Of a DNA stretch of 64,000 nucleotides, positions 1-9,857 are shown in pieces. A program made the position numbers and the translations under genes. This DNA is from Patescibacteria group bacterium. Lineage in GTDB: Bacteria > Patescibacteriota > Minisyncoccia > Phycocordibacterales > Phycocordibacteraceae. Where the stretch lies: contig JAGWYL010000001.1 in NCBI GenBank assembly GCA_018969385.1, positions 2,677-66,676 on the forward strand. Direction: 5' to 3'. The stretch's first letter is position 1. Every line of letters starts with the position of its first letter. The notes below the pieces were generated by a model. The model was given only the letters and a program-made list of their open reading frames with translations. It searched no databases and was not told the DNA's origin.

Positions 1-2354
1 GAGAGCTTCGCGCCGAGCGCCACATCGTGCGGGAACCCGCCTTCGCTCGCGATGACGTGCACCTTTTCCGTGAGGAGCAGCCTCGTCGCTTCGGGCACCT
101 TGCTCATGTCGCCTCCGTGGGCGGCGAGGATTTCCGCCTTGTGCGCGAGCGCCTGCGCCTTAAGGCCGAGGAGCATCTGCTCGTAGCCGCGGCCCGCGCT
201 CACCTCGACCGGGCTCCACTGCATCGGCGCCGTCGGAACCTCGACGATCGGAGCGGGGCCAGGGGAAAGGTGCGTTTCAACTCCGGCGAGATGTCCTGCT
301 TCGAACGTTCCGGCGGGACTAACGTGTCCCAGAAATGGCTGCATGCCTGCTGCCGTGCGCTTTGCGGCGAGCGCAGCGGGGTCGATGGCGTGTCCCGCGC
401 CGGGCGGCGCGATGTCTATCGTCACGTGGTCGCTCGGCACGCCCGCGTTAAGCGCATGGAGGGCGGCATGCTCTGCCGAGACGACATTCGCGACGCCCTC
501 CGACCACATATGCTCTACCCAGCCGATGAGCTCGTCCCCGCCGGCGACTTCGAACACCTCTTTCACCGCGGCGCCCGCCATGCCGCTTCCGACGAGGAGT
601 CCGGCCACGAGCGCGGCCGTATGCTTCGCGATGCTCACGGCGACATGGCGCTCCGTCATGCCCGCGTTCTTTTCCATCTTTCCGTACAGGTTCTCGATAA
701 CGCCTTCCATGGCCGTGTAGGTCGCGGCACCGCCGAGCGCGCGCTGCGCCGCCATAGCGCTTGAGATGGTATAGAGCCACGCGGCACCCGCTCCCGCAAA
801 AGAGAGACCGAGCGCCGACGCGCCGAGCGTCGCGGACACGGCGAGCTTGTACTTCATGGGCAGATGCCGGTACCACTCCGCCACGTCCTTCACGCGGCTG
901 CCCATCCATTTGAGAGAGACGAGCGCCTTTTCGCCGTTCGTGCGTTCGCGATCCTTAAGGAACGCGCTGAGCGCTTTCCCCTTTTCCGTCGTGAACGCGA
1001 ATGCTTCTTTCCCCTTGCCCGAAACGACGCCGAGCGCTTCGCCCGTGGCGCGCGCCGCGCTCATGGCGCCCTTCGCGCCTTTGCCGATGCCTTCGCGAAG
1101 CGCCTTCAGCGTGCTCGACGCGCTTGACACCGCCGGTAGAGCCCACTCGCCAAGCGCGCGCATCTTCTCGCCGACGCCGGCGAATCGTCCCCCGAGATAT
1201 CCGCCGAGCGCTTTGAACTTTTCAGAGCCCGTTTCGATGACCTTGTCCTTCGCTTCCGGGAACTGCTTCACGAGACGCGCGAGCGTCTCGTGAAGCGCCT
1301 CATATTCTCTTGCCCCTCCTCCCTGCTCCGACTCTTCGGAGTCACTGAGCGCGTCGAGCGAAATCGGTTCTGACCGTCCCTCATCGTGCTCAGCTCGACG
1401 TGCCTCATATGCAGCGCGCTGTGCATCGAGACGCGCTTGCTCGGCGGATTTCGGCTGCGTCTTGCGCATCTCGTAATCGTCTATCTTTCCGGGCTGTTTA
1501 GGCAGCGGTTCTTCGTATACTGACTCCGGTGCGGAGACTGGCTCTGACACCGGTTGGGTTTGCAACTCCGCGGCTTCAAGTCCTACCGCGAGTCCTTCGG
1601 GCGTGACGCGGAGCGAGGATACGGGAGCTCCGTACTCCTTCGTGAAGTGCGCCTTAATAGCATCATTGAAATTCGCGAGATTGTCTTTAATCATGCCCTC
1701 GACGAATCCACGCGCTTGTATGTTCAGGTCGCGTATCGCGAGCGAATCTCCGTCATTCGCAATCGTACCGTTTAGTGTAATGGCGCCTCCGAGCAATCCC
1801 GCATCAAGCTTCGCGGCAATATGCGCGCCTTCCGGCGTTGGCTCTACCACAAGCGAAGTTATTTTCGCTTTCCCGCGTAGCTGCTTGCGCACGATAGCTT
1901 CGAGGTCTTCGAGCGGAACTATCTTCGCCGCAGCAGCACGTTCCAGCGACTCCCCACCAGGAAGGGCAGGTTCCGTCATGGGTGTTCTGTCGGATTTTGC
2001 AGCGTCCTCAAGCGCGATTTCCGTATGCACCTGCGCGAGAATCTCGTTTCCGGCATCAGGAATGATGCCTGCAGCATGCATCTTCTCGAGCACCTCTTCC
2101 TTCGTAGGCGCTCGTCCGGCAGCCATCGCTTCGTCTATCAAGCGACGCGCATACGCTTCGTAATCGGGCTCGAGAACCTGCTCGGACTCCGGAGCGGTTT
2201 CTGATTCAGATATGGGTGTTTCCGCGCTACCCGCGAGCGGATGCGCGGCGAGCGCGTCCATGCCATGACCGGCGGATTTGGGTTTGGGTTTGCCCTTCTT
2301 ACCCTTTTTGCCGCTCCCCGGCGGGAATTCTACGTCGTCGTTTGCCATGGACAT
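1..2354 (-). CDS. Large (>780 aa) hypothetical membrane-associated protein, truncated at the window edge
   Basis: Missing from the ORF track because no stop lies in the window. Manual translation from ATG 2354 (TAATG overlap with the upstream stop) reads MSMANDDVEFPPGSGKKGKKGKPKP... and stays open to base 1. Acidic/Pro-rich N-half, Gly/Ala hydrophobic segments (YKLAVSATLGASALGLSFAGAGAAWLY). Confidence 0.75.
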   Translation of the reverse strand, partial: MSMANDDVEFPPGSGKKGKKGKPKPKSAGHGMDALAAHPLAGSAETPISESETAPESEQVLEPDYEAYARRLIDEAMAAGRAPTKEEVLEKMHAAGIIPDAGNEILAQVHTEIALEDAAKSDRTPMTEPALPGGESLERAAAAKIVPLEDLEAIVRKQLRGKAKITSLVVEPTPEGAHIAAKLDAGLLGGAITLNGTIANDGDSLAIRDLNIQARGFVEGMIKDNLANFNDAIKAHFTKEYGAPVSSLRVTPEGLAVGLEAAELQTQPVSEPVSAPESVYEEPLPKQPGKIDDYEMRKTQPKSAEQARLDAQRAAYEARRAEHDEGRSEPISLDALSDSEESEQGGGAREYEALHETLARLVKQFPEAKDKVIETGSEKFKALGGYLGGRFAGVGEKMRALGEWALPAVSSASSTLKALREGIGKGAKGAMSAARATGEALGVVSGKGKEAFAFTTEKGKALSAFLKDRERTNGEKALVSLKWMGSRVKDVAEWYRHLPMKYKLAVSATLGASALGLSFAGAGAAWLYTISSAMAAQRALGGAATYTAMEGVIENLYGKMEKNAGMTERHVAVSIAKHTAALVAGLLVGSGMAGAAVKEVFEVAGGDELIGWVEHMWSEGVANVVSAEHAALHALNAGVPSDHVTIDIAPPGAGHAIDPAALAAKRTAAGMQPFLGHVSPAGTFEAGHLAGVETHLSPGPAPIVEVPTAPMQWSPVEVSAGRGYEQMLLGLKAQALAHKAEILAAHGGDMSKVPEATRLLLTEKVHVIASEGGFPHDVALGAKL

Positions 2355-5137
2355 TACGAGAGATAGCGCGTATGAATCGTCTGTTCAACAGTAGCACGGT
2401 CGCGCCCGTAGGTCAGGTAGGAAAGCTGCTTCAGGTCCTCTATCTGCGCCTCATTGCCGGCCACGGGGGGAAGCGTCTTTATATTGAACGGCTTCTGCGG
2501 CACGCCGCCCGCGAGCATCTTGAGATAGCAGTTGTAGTTCTCTATGTTCACGAAATCGAGCGCGGCGAACGTGGGTGCGAACTGCTTCTCGAAGTATTCC
2601 GCGTCTTCTTCGCCCACGCGGAATACCGCCATGGAACCCACGTTGCCGAAGACCGCGTCGCGTATCTTCTCGTCCACCTGCGCGAGGAACTGGTGCGCGA
2701 TGGTGAGCGCGAGCCTATACTTGCGCGCCTCGGAAAGGATGCCGGGGATGGAATCCGTGGTGATGTTCTGGAACTCGTCTATGTAGAGGTAGAACGGCGG
2801 GAAATCGCCGCGCGGATTGTCGGCGCGCGAGAGCGCGGCCATGAAGAGCTTGCCGACCAGTATGAGCCCGAGGAGGTTCGCATTCCGCTCTCCCAGGCGG
2901 CCCTTCGAAAGGTTCACAAGGAGTATCTTCTTCCCGTCTATGACCTCGCGGAACTTGAACGACGACTCCTGCTGGCCGATGATGGGACGCATGAAATCGT
3001 TCGCGGTGAAGTCGTCGAACTTGTTCGTGATGTACGGGACGATGTTCTCAAGGGACGCTTCGCCGCCGGCTTTCGTCGCTATCTCGTTCCAGAACTGATT
3101 CACCACCGGATTCCTGCTTTTCGAAAGCTTCATCTTGCGGAAGGCGTCGTTCGAAAGCACGCGCCCGATGTCCATGAGCGTCGAGCCCGACGCCGGGTCC
3201 TCCATGACGAGGAGCGTGGCGTTCCGGAAGTACTGCTCGAACGCGGGACCCATGCTTTCGGGCACGTCGCCGTAGAGGCGGCGGAAAATCGCGAGCAGCT
3301 CGTTCACGATGAACGTCTTCTGCTCGGGATAGGCGGGGTCGTACTCGAGCAGGTTCAAGCCGAACGGACGCGCGGTGTATGCGGGGTCGAAGTAGATGAC
3401 GTCCTCGTAGCGCTCCGGCGGGACGGCGGCGAGCACGTCGAGGATGTCGTTCCCGTGCGGGTCGATGAAACAGACGCCGCGTCCCGCCTTGATGTCCTGT
3501 TCGATGAGCGTCTTCATGAACGACGTCTTTCCGGTTCCTGTCTGGCCGACGATGTAGAAATGGCGGCCGCGGTCCGCTTCGTCAAGGTACGCTTCCGTCG
3601 CCTCGCCGCGGTACGTGTTCGTGCCGAGCAGGAGTCCTTCGTGCGGGAGCGCGAGCGGCGGCGGCGCCATGGTGAAGCGCGACTGCTTCAGGTGCGGCGA
3701 GGATTCGATGCCCTTCGGCGGGAAGTGGTAGATGGTGGTGAGCTCGCGAAGCGAGAGCGGCATCATCGCGCCCCGCTCGGGCGTGCGGAAGGTGAAATCA
3801 CGGAAGAGCCTGCGCGCGCGACCTCCGGTCGCGCGCGCGAATTCGATGCGATTGCCGCGCGTATTCGCGAACTGGTTGAACGAAGACTCGAGCTCCGAAA
3901 GCACCTGCTGCGTCCGCGCCGCGTCCTTGCCGGATACGATGAAGCGGACTTCCGCGCCGACGATGGGCGACGCCATCTTGCGCTCCACCATCTCTATGTC
4001 CGCCTTGTTCGCTTCGGTCTGCCTTCGCCGCTCATCCTCTTCGTCGCGCTTCTCCTTGGTCTTGATGCTGAAGAACGTCTTGCCGATGTCGCGCGCCGCT
4101 TCTCCGAGGAGCGTCTCGGGCGTCGAGAGCGCTTTCGCGCGATGCTCGCCCTTCCGGAGCGCATTCAGGATCTTGCGGTAGTGCTCGATATGCTCGTTGC
4201 CGCGCGGCTCGACGAGTATCTGCAGCGCCGCGCCCTCCCCCTCGGCGGCGATCTTCGCGAACGAGTTCAGAAGCGCGTTCAGCGGGTCGTAGTCGAACTC
4301 TTCGTAATCCTTGAGCGGAAGCACGTGACGCTCGGCGAGCGTCGCCACCGAACCCGCAGCCGCGCCGTCTTTCACGAAGATGTTGTAGTCGTTCGGCTGC
4401 CGCGCGATGAGCGCGTTCGGGAAGATGGCGAGGAGCTGCTTCTCGAACAGGTCGCACCTGCCGTTCGGAACGGACACGTAGAAATACAGTTCCGGGCGGT
4501 TCGCCGCGACCGCGAGCTCGACGGTGAAATAGTGCGGCTCGCCGCGGCGCGCTTCCTCGACGGAAAGCATTCCGGCGTAGAACTGCTCCATCGCGGAGAT
4601 GAGCTCCTTGAGCGTCTTCGTGCGCACCGCCTGCTCTTCCTCCGCTTCCGGTTCGGGCAGCGCCACTTCGTAGAGCGTCATGTGAAGCGCCTTCCAGTCC
4701 GGCGCGTTCTCCGAATATCCGGTTACGGGCAGTCCCGCGAGCACGTACTGCACGAGGTATCGGTGGAAGTCATCCTCCACGTGCGGGTTATGCATCTTCT
4801 CAAGAACGGAAAGCGCGTTCCGGATGCCGCGCGTCTCCATGACGCCGCGCAGTTCGCGGATGGTCCCGTCATCGTCCTCCGGTTCGAGCGATGCGGCGAT
4901 TTCCGCTATCTCATCCGCGGGCGCATGGTACTCGGGCGCGAGCATCGCATGCGCGGCGGTATTCGCGTGCCGCAGAATCGCCTCTTTCGCGATGGTCGGA
5001 CGCTCGGCGGTCGCGACGGCGGAGCCTTTGAGCGAAGCGAGTTCCCGCTCTTTCGCGGCAACCTGCGCGCGCAGATACGCAAGCTCATCCTGCGGTGACG
5101 CAAGCGGCTTCGCCGGACCCTCTATGGCTCCCATCAT
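2354..5137 (-). CDS. VirD4/TraD-like type IV secretion coupling ATPase (HerA/FtsK superfamily, DUF87 + TraD-C type)
   Basis: Walker A GQTGTGKT, IDPHG, Walker B LYIDEFQN, SEARKYRL..AHQ. Start moved to ATG 5137, 7 nt behind TATACT. Confidence 0.85.
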   Translation of the reverse strand: MMGAIEGPAKPLASPQDELAYLRAQVAAKERELASLKGSAVATAERPTIAKEAILRHANTAAHAMLAPEYHAPADEIAEIAASLEPEDDDGTIRELRGVMETRGIRNALSVLEKMHNPHVEDDFHRYLVQYVLAGLPVTGYSENAPDWKALHMTLYEVALPEPEAEEEQAVRTKTLKELISAMEQFYAGMLSVEEARRGEPHYFTVELAVAANRPELYFYVSVPNGRCDLFEKQLLAIFPNALIARQPNDYNIFVKDGAAAGSVATLAERHVLPLKDYEEFDYDPLNALLNSFAKIAAEGEGAALQILVEPRGNEHIEHYRKILNALRKGEHRAKALSTPETLLGEAARDIGKTFFSIKTKEKRDEEDERRRQTEANKADIEMVERKMASPIVGAEVRFIVSGKDAARTQQVLSELESSFNQFANTRGNRIEFARATGGRARRLFRDFTFRTPERGAMMPLSLRELTTIYHFPPKGIESSPHLKQSRFTMAPPPLALPHEGLLLGTNTYRGEATEAYLDEADRGRHFYIVGQTGTGKTSFMKTLIEQDIKAGRGVCFIDPHGNDILDVLAAVPPERYEDVIYFDPAYTARPFGLNLLEYDPAYPEQKTFIVNELLAIFRRLYGDVPESMGPAFEQYFRNATLLVMEDPASGSTLMDIGRVLSNDAFRKMKLSKSRNPVVNQFWNEIATKAGGEASLENIVPYITNKFDDFTANDFMRPIIGQQESSFKFREVIDGKKILLVNLSKGRLGERNANLLGLILVGKLFMAALSRADNPRGDFPPFYLYIDEFQNITTDSIPGILSEARKYRLALTIAHQFLAQVDEKIRDAVFGNVGSMAVFRVGEEDAEYFEKQFAPTFAALDFVNIENYNCYLKMLAGGVPQKPFNIKTLPPVAGNEAQIEDLKQLSYLTYGRDRATVEQTIHTRYLS

Positions 5138-5236
5138 TACGTCCAGTATACCCAGCACTGACCGTTTGTTCCTAGGCTGCCCGGCGGAACAGTGTGCATT
5201 GCAGGGTACATAAGCGCGGTTAACGCCGGGCACTGC

Positions 5237-5295
5237 CTAGAACTCATTTCAAAACTCACGGCGAACGAAGGATGTGCGGTTTGAAAGCCTCCTAG
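5237..5295. repeat. Short MITE/REP-like element bounded by CTAG
   Basis: CTAG-AACTCATTTCAAAAC ... GTTTGAAAGCCTC-CTAG; the left end nearly matches 51183-51199. Confidence 0.55.
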
Positions 5296-6191
5296 CGCCC
5301 GAGGAGGTCGGCCAGGAGCGCCATGCGCACGTGCACGCCATACTTGGCTTGTTTGAAATAGACCGCGTGCGGCGAAGTGTCTACAGCAACGTCAATCTCA
5401 TCCACGCGAGGCAGAGGATGCATTATGATGCCCTTGTCTTTCATGCTCGCTGCATATTCCGATGTCAGGATGTATTTTCCCTTGAACCGCTCGTACTCTT
5501 CCGGGCTCGCGAAGCGCTCTTTCTGGATGCGCGTCTGATAGATCGCATCTGCCGCGTGCGCTTCTTCGAACGATTCCGAATCGCGGAACGGGATGCCGTG
5601 CCGCGTGAGGTATTCCCGTATGTCTTCTCCCATGGCGAGCTCCGGCGGAGAAACGAAGACGAGCTCCTTCGGCTCGAACTTGCCGAGAAGATATACGAAC
5701 GAACGTGCAGCACGGCCGTTCTTGAGATCGCCCACGAGCGCAACGGTCTTTCCGTCTATGCCGCCCGCTTCCTTCTGGAGCGTATACGTGTCGAGGAGCG
5801 CCTGCGTCGGATGCTGACCCGCTCCATCGCCTGCGTTGATGATAGGCACGTCCGACGCTTCCGCCGCGCGCGCGGCCGCGCCCTTCTCAAAGTGACGCAA
5901 GACGATGACGTCCGCGTACTGGCTCACTATCTTCGCCGTGTCTTCTATCGTCTCGCCTTTCACCGCGGACGAGACTTCGTTCGCGTTCTCGGTGGCGATG
6001 ACGCCGCCGTCGAGCCGGTGCATCGCGCTCTCGAACGAGAGCCTTGTCCGCGTGGACGGCTCGTAGAACAGCGTCGCGAGAATCTTTCCCGTGAGCAGAG
6101 GCTTGGGCTTCTTTCCGAGCTTCTCCGCGCTCTTGAACAGCTTCTCCAGGTACGGGCGGTCGAACTGCTGCGCTTCGAGGATGTGGTTCAT
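5292..6191 (-). CDS. pyrB: Aspartate carbamoyltransferase
   Basis: FYEPSTRTRLSFE, HPTQALLD and MHPLPRVDE motifs. Confidence 0.96.
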   Translation of the reverse strand: MNHILEAQQFDRPYLEKLFKSAEKLGKKPKPLLTGKILATLFYEPSTRTRLSFESAMHRLDGGVIATENANEVSSAVKGETIEDTAKIVSQYADVIVLRHFEKGAAARAAEASDVPIINAGDGAGQHPTQALLDTYTLQKEAGGIDGKTVALVGDLKNGRAARSFVYLLGKFEPKELVFVSPPELAMGEDIREYLTRHGIPFRDSESFEEAHAADAIYQTRIQKERFASPEEYERFKGKYILTSEYAASMKDKGIIMHPLPRVDEIDVAVDTSPHAVYFKQAKYGVHVRMALLADLLGR

Positions 6192-6202
6192 ATATGAGAA
6201 GA

Positions 6203-6811
6203 TTAGTGGAGTCCGAGCGTTTTCTCAACCATCCCTATCAGGGACGTTGCGTCGACGATCTGCACGTCTATCACGTGACGGGCATACGTCTTGGTCGGTT
6301 CTACGTATCGTTCGTGCATAGGAACAAGAATCTTCCGTTCGTACTCTGGAATCTTAAAGTGCGCCCGGCGTTCGTATCGTACCTCGTGAGGTAAATCGAG
6401 GAAGAATGAGTCGTCCAACAGGACGCGTATACGTTCATCGAAAAGCGATAGGAAGCCCTCAAGTAGAATGATAGGCCTCGGCGTGATGATAACGGGAATC
6501 CTAACATGCGTATTAGCGAACTCAGGATTCAAACGGGCATTCTTCGTGCGTATCGTTACCGCTTCGCCTCCCTTCAGGCGCTTCAGATCACGGAGCAATC
6601 TCTGGAAATCAAGCGCATCCGGATGATCCCAGCAAGGGAATCCCTCCACTACCGGGACGTCCTCCTTCGGTTTCAAGTAGTCGTCGAGTTGAACCAGTCC
6701 GACTTCGCTCGAATGCCGTTCGAGAAGCGACTCGCAAAGGGTGGATTTTCCCGAACCAGACCCTCCGGCAATGGCGATGATGTGCACGTCGAATGCGCTA
6801 CTTGCGGTCAT
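6203..6811 (-). CDS. udk: Uridine kinase family P-loop kinase
   Basis: IAGGSGSGKST, LDDY, WDHPDALD, ILLEG motifs; lower GC than neighbours. Confidence 0.82.
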   Translation of the reverse strand: MTASSAFDVHIIAIAGGSGSGKSTLCESLLERHSSEVGLVQLDDYLKPKEDVPVVEGFPCWDHPDALDFQRLLRDLKRLKGGEAVTIRTKNARLNPEFANTHVRIPVIITPRPIILLEGFLSLFDERIRVLLDDSFFLDLPHEVRYERRAHFKIPEYERKILVPMHERYVEPTKTYARHVIDVQIVDATSLIGMVEKTLGLH

Positions 6812-7332
6812 GACGCAAGCGCTGCAAGCACATCTTCCACGGCGTCCGCGAAGGCGACATAGTACGAAAGCGAGTGCGCGAGAAACCCTTCCGATTCCAT
6901 GCGCTCCATGAGCGTTCGAAGACCGTCGTAATATCCGGCGATATTGAATATGACGATGCGCTTATCGTGAAGCTGATGTTTCTTCAGTTCCATCATCTCG
7001 GTAATCTCGTCGAGCGTTCCTATGCCGCCCGGCAGGACCACGAACGCATCGGCATGCTTCATGAAAAGCGACTTTCGCTCCGGCAAGTCCTTCGCGACGA
7101 GTATCTCGTCGGACTCCTGCCGCACCGACTGCCTGAGTTTCTCGAACGTAATGGATGTCACGCGTGCGCCGTTCCTCTGCGCGATGTCCGCGACGCGCTT
7201 CATGAGTCCCACGTTCGACCCTCCGAAGACCAAGTGGTGTCCGGCTTTCGCGAACCGTTCGACGAATTCTTCCGCGGGTTTTGCGTACTTCTCGTCGATG
7301 TCCTTGAACGAGCAGAATACGGCTATATTCAT
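6808..7332 (-). CDS. LOG family (TIGR00730-type) nucleotide phosphoribohydrolase
   Basis: VFGGSNVGLM, ERK, LPGGIGTLDE motifs; ATGA overlaps with both neighbours. Confidence 0.9.
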   Translation of the reverse strand: MNIAVFCSFKDIDEKYAKPAEEFVERFAKAGHHLVFGGSNVGLMKRVADIAQRNGARVTSITFEKLRQSVRQESDEILVAKDLPERKSLFMKHADAFVVLPGGIGTLDEITEMMELKKHQLHDKRIVIFNIAGYYDGLRTLMERMESEGFLAHSLSYYVAFADAVEDVLAALAS

Positions 7333-8123
7333 ACGCGACACGAATTAATCTCGTCCCGGAGCTTCTTCGCTTCCGCGCCCGGATCGTCGGTGAATATGAT
7401 ACCGCGGGACGAATTGATGATAAGACCGAGACCCTCCGAGTTCTTGCCGTTCGGCACTACCTCCGTGGCGCTGCCGCCCTGTTTCCCCACGCCAGGGACG
7501 AGGAGCGTCATGTCGCCCACGCTCGCACGGATTTCCGCGAGCTCTTCGGGGTACGTCGCTCCGGCGACAAGCATGCAGTTCCCGTTCGCGTTCCATTCGC
7601 TTGCGGCTTTCTCCGCGACTATCTTCCACTGCGGCTTCCCGTCCGTCATGAGGTTCTGGAACTCGCCTGAACCTTCGTTCGACGTTCGACAGAGGATGAT
7701 GCAGGTCTTGTCGCTGCGCGAGAGGAACGGTTCGAGCGCCCTCCCGCCCTGGTACGGCTGAAGCGTGATGGCATCGAAGCCGAGCCAGTCGAATACGGAC
7801 GTCGCGTAGCCGTTGTTCGTATTACCGATGTCGCCGCGCTTCGCGTCGTCTATGGTGAAGATGTCCGGATGCTCGCTTCGGAGATAGTCCGCGGTCCGCT
7901 TCAGTTCGCGCATGCCGGCGTCGCCCCGCGCCTCGTAGAACGCGGAGTTCGGCTTGTACGCGGCCGCATATTCGTGCGTCTCGTCGATTATCCATTTGTT
8001 GAACTCGAATTGCGGTTCATCCATTTTCTTGAACCGCTCCGGAAGCTTGTCGAAATCGGGGTCGAGCCCCACGCACAGGAGCGAATCGACCTTCTTCGCG
8101 CGTTCGTCGTATTTTGCATTCAT
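7329..8123 (-). CDS. pyrF: Orotidine-5'-phosphate decarboxylase
   Basis: LCVGLDP, DAKRGDIGNT, LVPGVGKQGG, NSSRGII; start at the ATGA overlap with the pyrE stop. Confidence 0.95.
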   Translation of the reverse strand: MNAKYDERAKKVDSLLCVGLDPDFDKLPERFKKMDEPQFEFNKWIIDETHEYAAAYKPNSAFYEARGDAGMRELKRTADYLRSEHPDIFTIDDAKRGDIGNTNNGYATSVFDWLGFDAITLQPYQGGRALEPFLSRSDKTCIILCRTSNEGSGEFQNLMTDGKPQWKIVAEKAASEWNANGNCMLVAGATYPEELAEIRASVGDMTLLVPGVGKQGGSATEVVPNGKNSEGLGLIINSSRGIIFTDDPGAEAKKLRDEINSCRV

Positions 8124-8755
8124 GCGGGTGGAGTCCAGTTGTGCGGATCCTTCGTCCACGCGAGTATGGCGTCTACTTCAGCGTCCGATATCTTTTCCAT
8201 CGCGCGAGCCTCCTCAAGGATAACCGGGAATGACGTGAGCGAATGCAGCCGCACCTTCTCATTCGCGAACGCTTCCGCCGACTCGGGGAAATCGTACGTG
8301 ACGATGACCATGGCGTCCGTCACCGTCGCGCCTTCATCGCGAAGCGCCCCGACTGCGGCGAGACTGCTGCCGCCGGTCGTGACGAGGTCCTCAATGAGGA
8401 GGACATTCATGCCGGTGACGTCGCCGCCCTCGACACGCTTCTTGGTACCGTGGTCCTTCGGCTTCTTGCGGATGAATACGGAGGGCGTGGCCATGTGAAA
8501 GCCGAGTGCGGCGCTGTGCGGAATTCCGGCAGCCTCGACACCGGCGACAACGTCGGGTTTCAATCCTTCCTTCTTGATAAGTTCTGCGAACCCTTCTATG
8601 ACCTTCCGCCACTCCGCCGGGTGAAACGGAAAGCGTCGATTGTCGACATATACTGGTCCGAGGATTCCCGATGCGAACGTGATGGGCTCCTTTACCCTAA
8701 AGCCGACCGAACCTATCTGAATAAGCGCTCGCGCTATCTCTCGTGAAGTCTCCAT
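8120..8755 (-). CDS. pyrE: Orotate phosphoribosyltransferase
   Basis: ASGILGPVYVD, RKKPKDHG, PRPP-binding LLIEDLVTTGGS. Confidence 0.95.
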   Translation of the reverse strand: METSREIARALIQIGSVGFRVKEPITFASGILGPVYVDNRRFPFHPAEWRKVIEGFAELIKKEGLKPDVVAGVEAAGIPHSAALGFHMATPSVFIRKKPKDHGTKKRVEGGDVTGMNVLLIEDLVTTGGSSLAAVGALRDEGATVTDAMVIVTYDFPESAEAFANEKVRLHSLTSFPVILEEARAMEKISDAEVDAILAWTKDPHNWTPPA

Positions 8756-8756
8756 A

Positions 8757-9848
8757 TTATCCATCAGGATATGCGGCTTTTATTTCACGCGCCAGATACG
8801 GATTCCACATGGCGCCGGTGGCGCTCATCACCACGTCCGCGCCCGCGTCGCGATACGCGCGGAAGTCCGCGGGCGTGGTCACGCCGCCGACGCCGATGAC
8901 CGAGTACCGCATGCCGAGCTCCTTCCGGAGCGCAGTGAGCCGCTTCGTCATGTCGAGCCCCGCCCACTTCACCGGCGCGCCGCAGATGCCGCTTTTGAGA
9001 CGCCACTCGCCTCCCGGCAGCGCCTGCGTTCCGTCGGCCTTGCGGACGGGCGCGGAAATCGTGTTTATGGCGGCGATGCCGTCCACGAGCGGGCCGACCG
9101 TCTCGACGAATGCACGGAGCTCTTCGTCGCTCTCGAAGTACGAGACCTTCACGACGAGCGGCGTCGCGCCGATTTTCTTGCGGATAGCTTCGATGATGGT
9201 TGCCGAGAGCGCGGCATCGTAACAAAGGAGCCGCTTCACGAGGTCGCCTTCGTTCGGACAGCTCAGATTGAGCTCGATGCTGTGCACGCCGGTCTCGTTC
9301 ATGAGCTTCGCTACCTCCGCCCAGTCCGCGATGAAATCCTTTTCGCTTGCGTCCGGCGACCAGCGCGTTCCCTCCACCATGCCGGACACCGCCTGGCCTG
9401 GGCGCCCTTTCGCGTACGCCATGAGTTCACGGACATCCTTCCGCCAGACTTCCGGCGGATACGAAGGGTTGCCGAATGAGTTCGTGATGGCGAGCGGTTC
9501 CGCGTATGAGTCCTTCACCGTGAGCCCTGCTGCCGCTTGCCTAAGCGTGAGGTCGCCCGAGACGTCGACCGGCAGGACGTTCGGCCATTCATTGCATTTC
9601 TTCTCGCGCGAACGCACGGTCTTGTAGACCGGAGCGTCAAATCCCTTTTCCATCGCGGCGCGCATGAAGGCGGCATTAACGAGCGGCCCGGCAGGGATAC
9701 CGAACGGATAGGAAATCTTCCGTCCCAGGAAGTCGAAACGCGGTTCGCTTTCGGGGAGCGTGACGCCATCGGCGAATCCGCCGAACGGTCCCTCTTCCCA
9801 GTTCTCGTAATAGGTCTTGTCGGGATCGTAAAACGGTTCGTGCAGCAT
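8757..9848 (-). CDS. pyrD: Dihydroorotate dehydrogenase family protein
   Basis: PFGIPAGP, YKT, ITNSFG, ELNLSCPN, AINT, SGICG, IGVGGV motifs; inside the pyr cluster. Confidence 0.85.
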   Translation of the reverse strand: MLHEPFYDPDKTYYENWEEGPFGGFADGVTLPESEPRFDFLGRKISYPFGIPAGPLVNAAFMRAAMEKGFDAPVYKTVRSREKKCNEWPNVLPVDVSGDLTLRQAAAGLTVKDSYAEPLAITNSFGNPSYPPEVWRKDVRELMAYAKGRPGQAVSGMVEGTRWSPDASEKDFIADWAEVAKLMNETGVHSIELNLSCPNEGDLVKRLLCYDAALSATIIEAIRKKIGATPLVVKVSYFESDEELRAFVETVGPLVDGIAAINTISAPVRKADGTQALPGGEWRLKSGICGAPVKWAGLDMTKRLTALRKELGMRYSVIGVGGVTTPADFRAYRDAGADVVMSATGAMWNPYLAREIKAAYPDG

Positions 9849-9857
9849 GAATCCAGG

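Noticed and set aside
2216-5098. 960-aa plus-strand ORF
   Set aside because: Antisense shadow of the VirD4-like gene; Arg-rich, motif-free, expected at high GC.
5241-5255. ATTTCAAAAC motif resembling a CRISPR repeat end
   Set aside because: Copies are dispersed by tens of kb, with no regular spacers and no cas genes.
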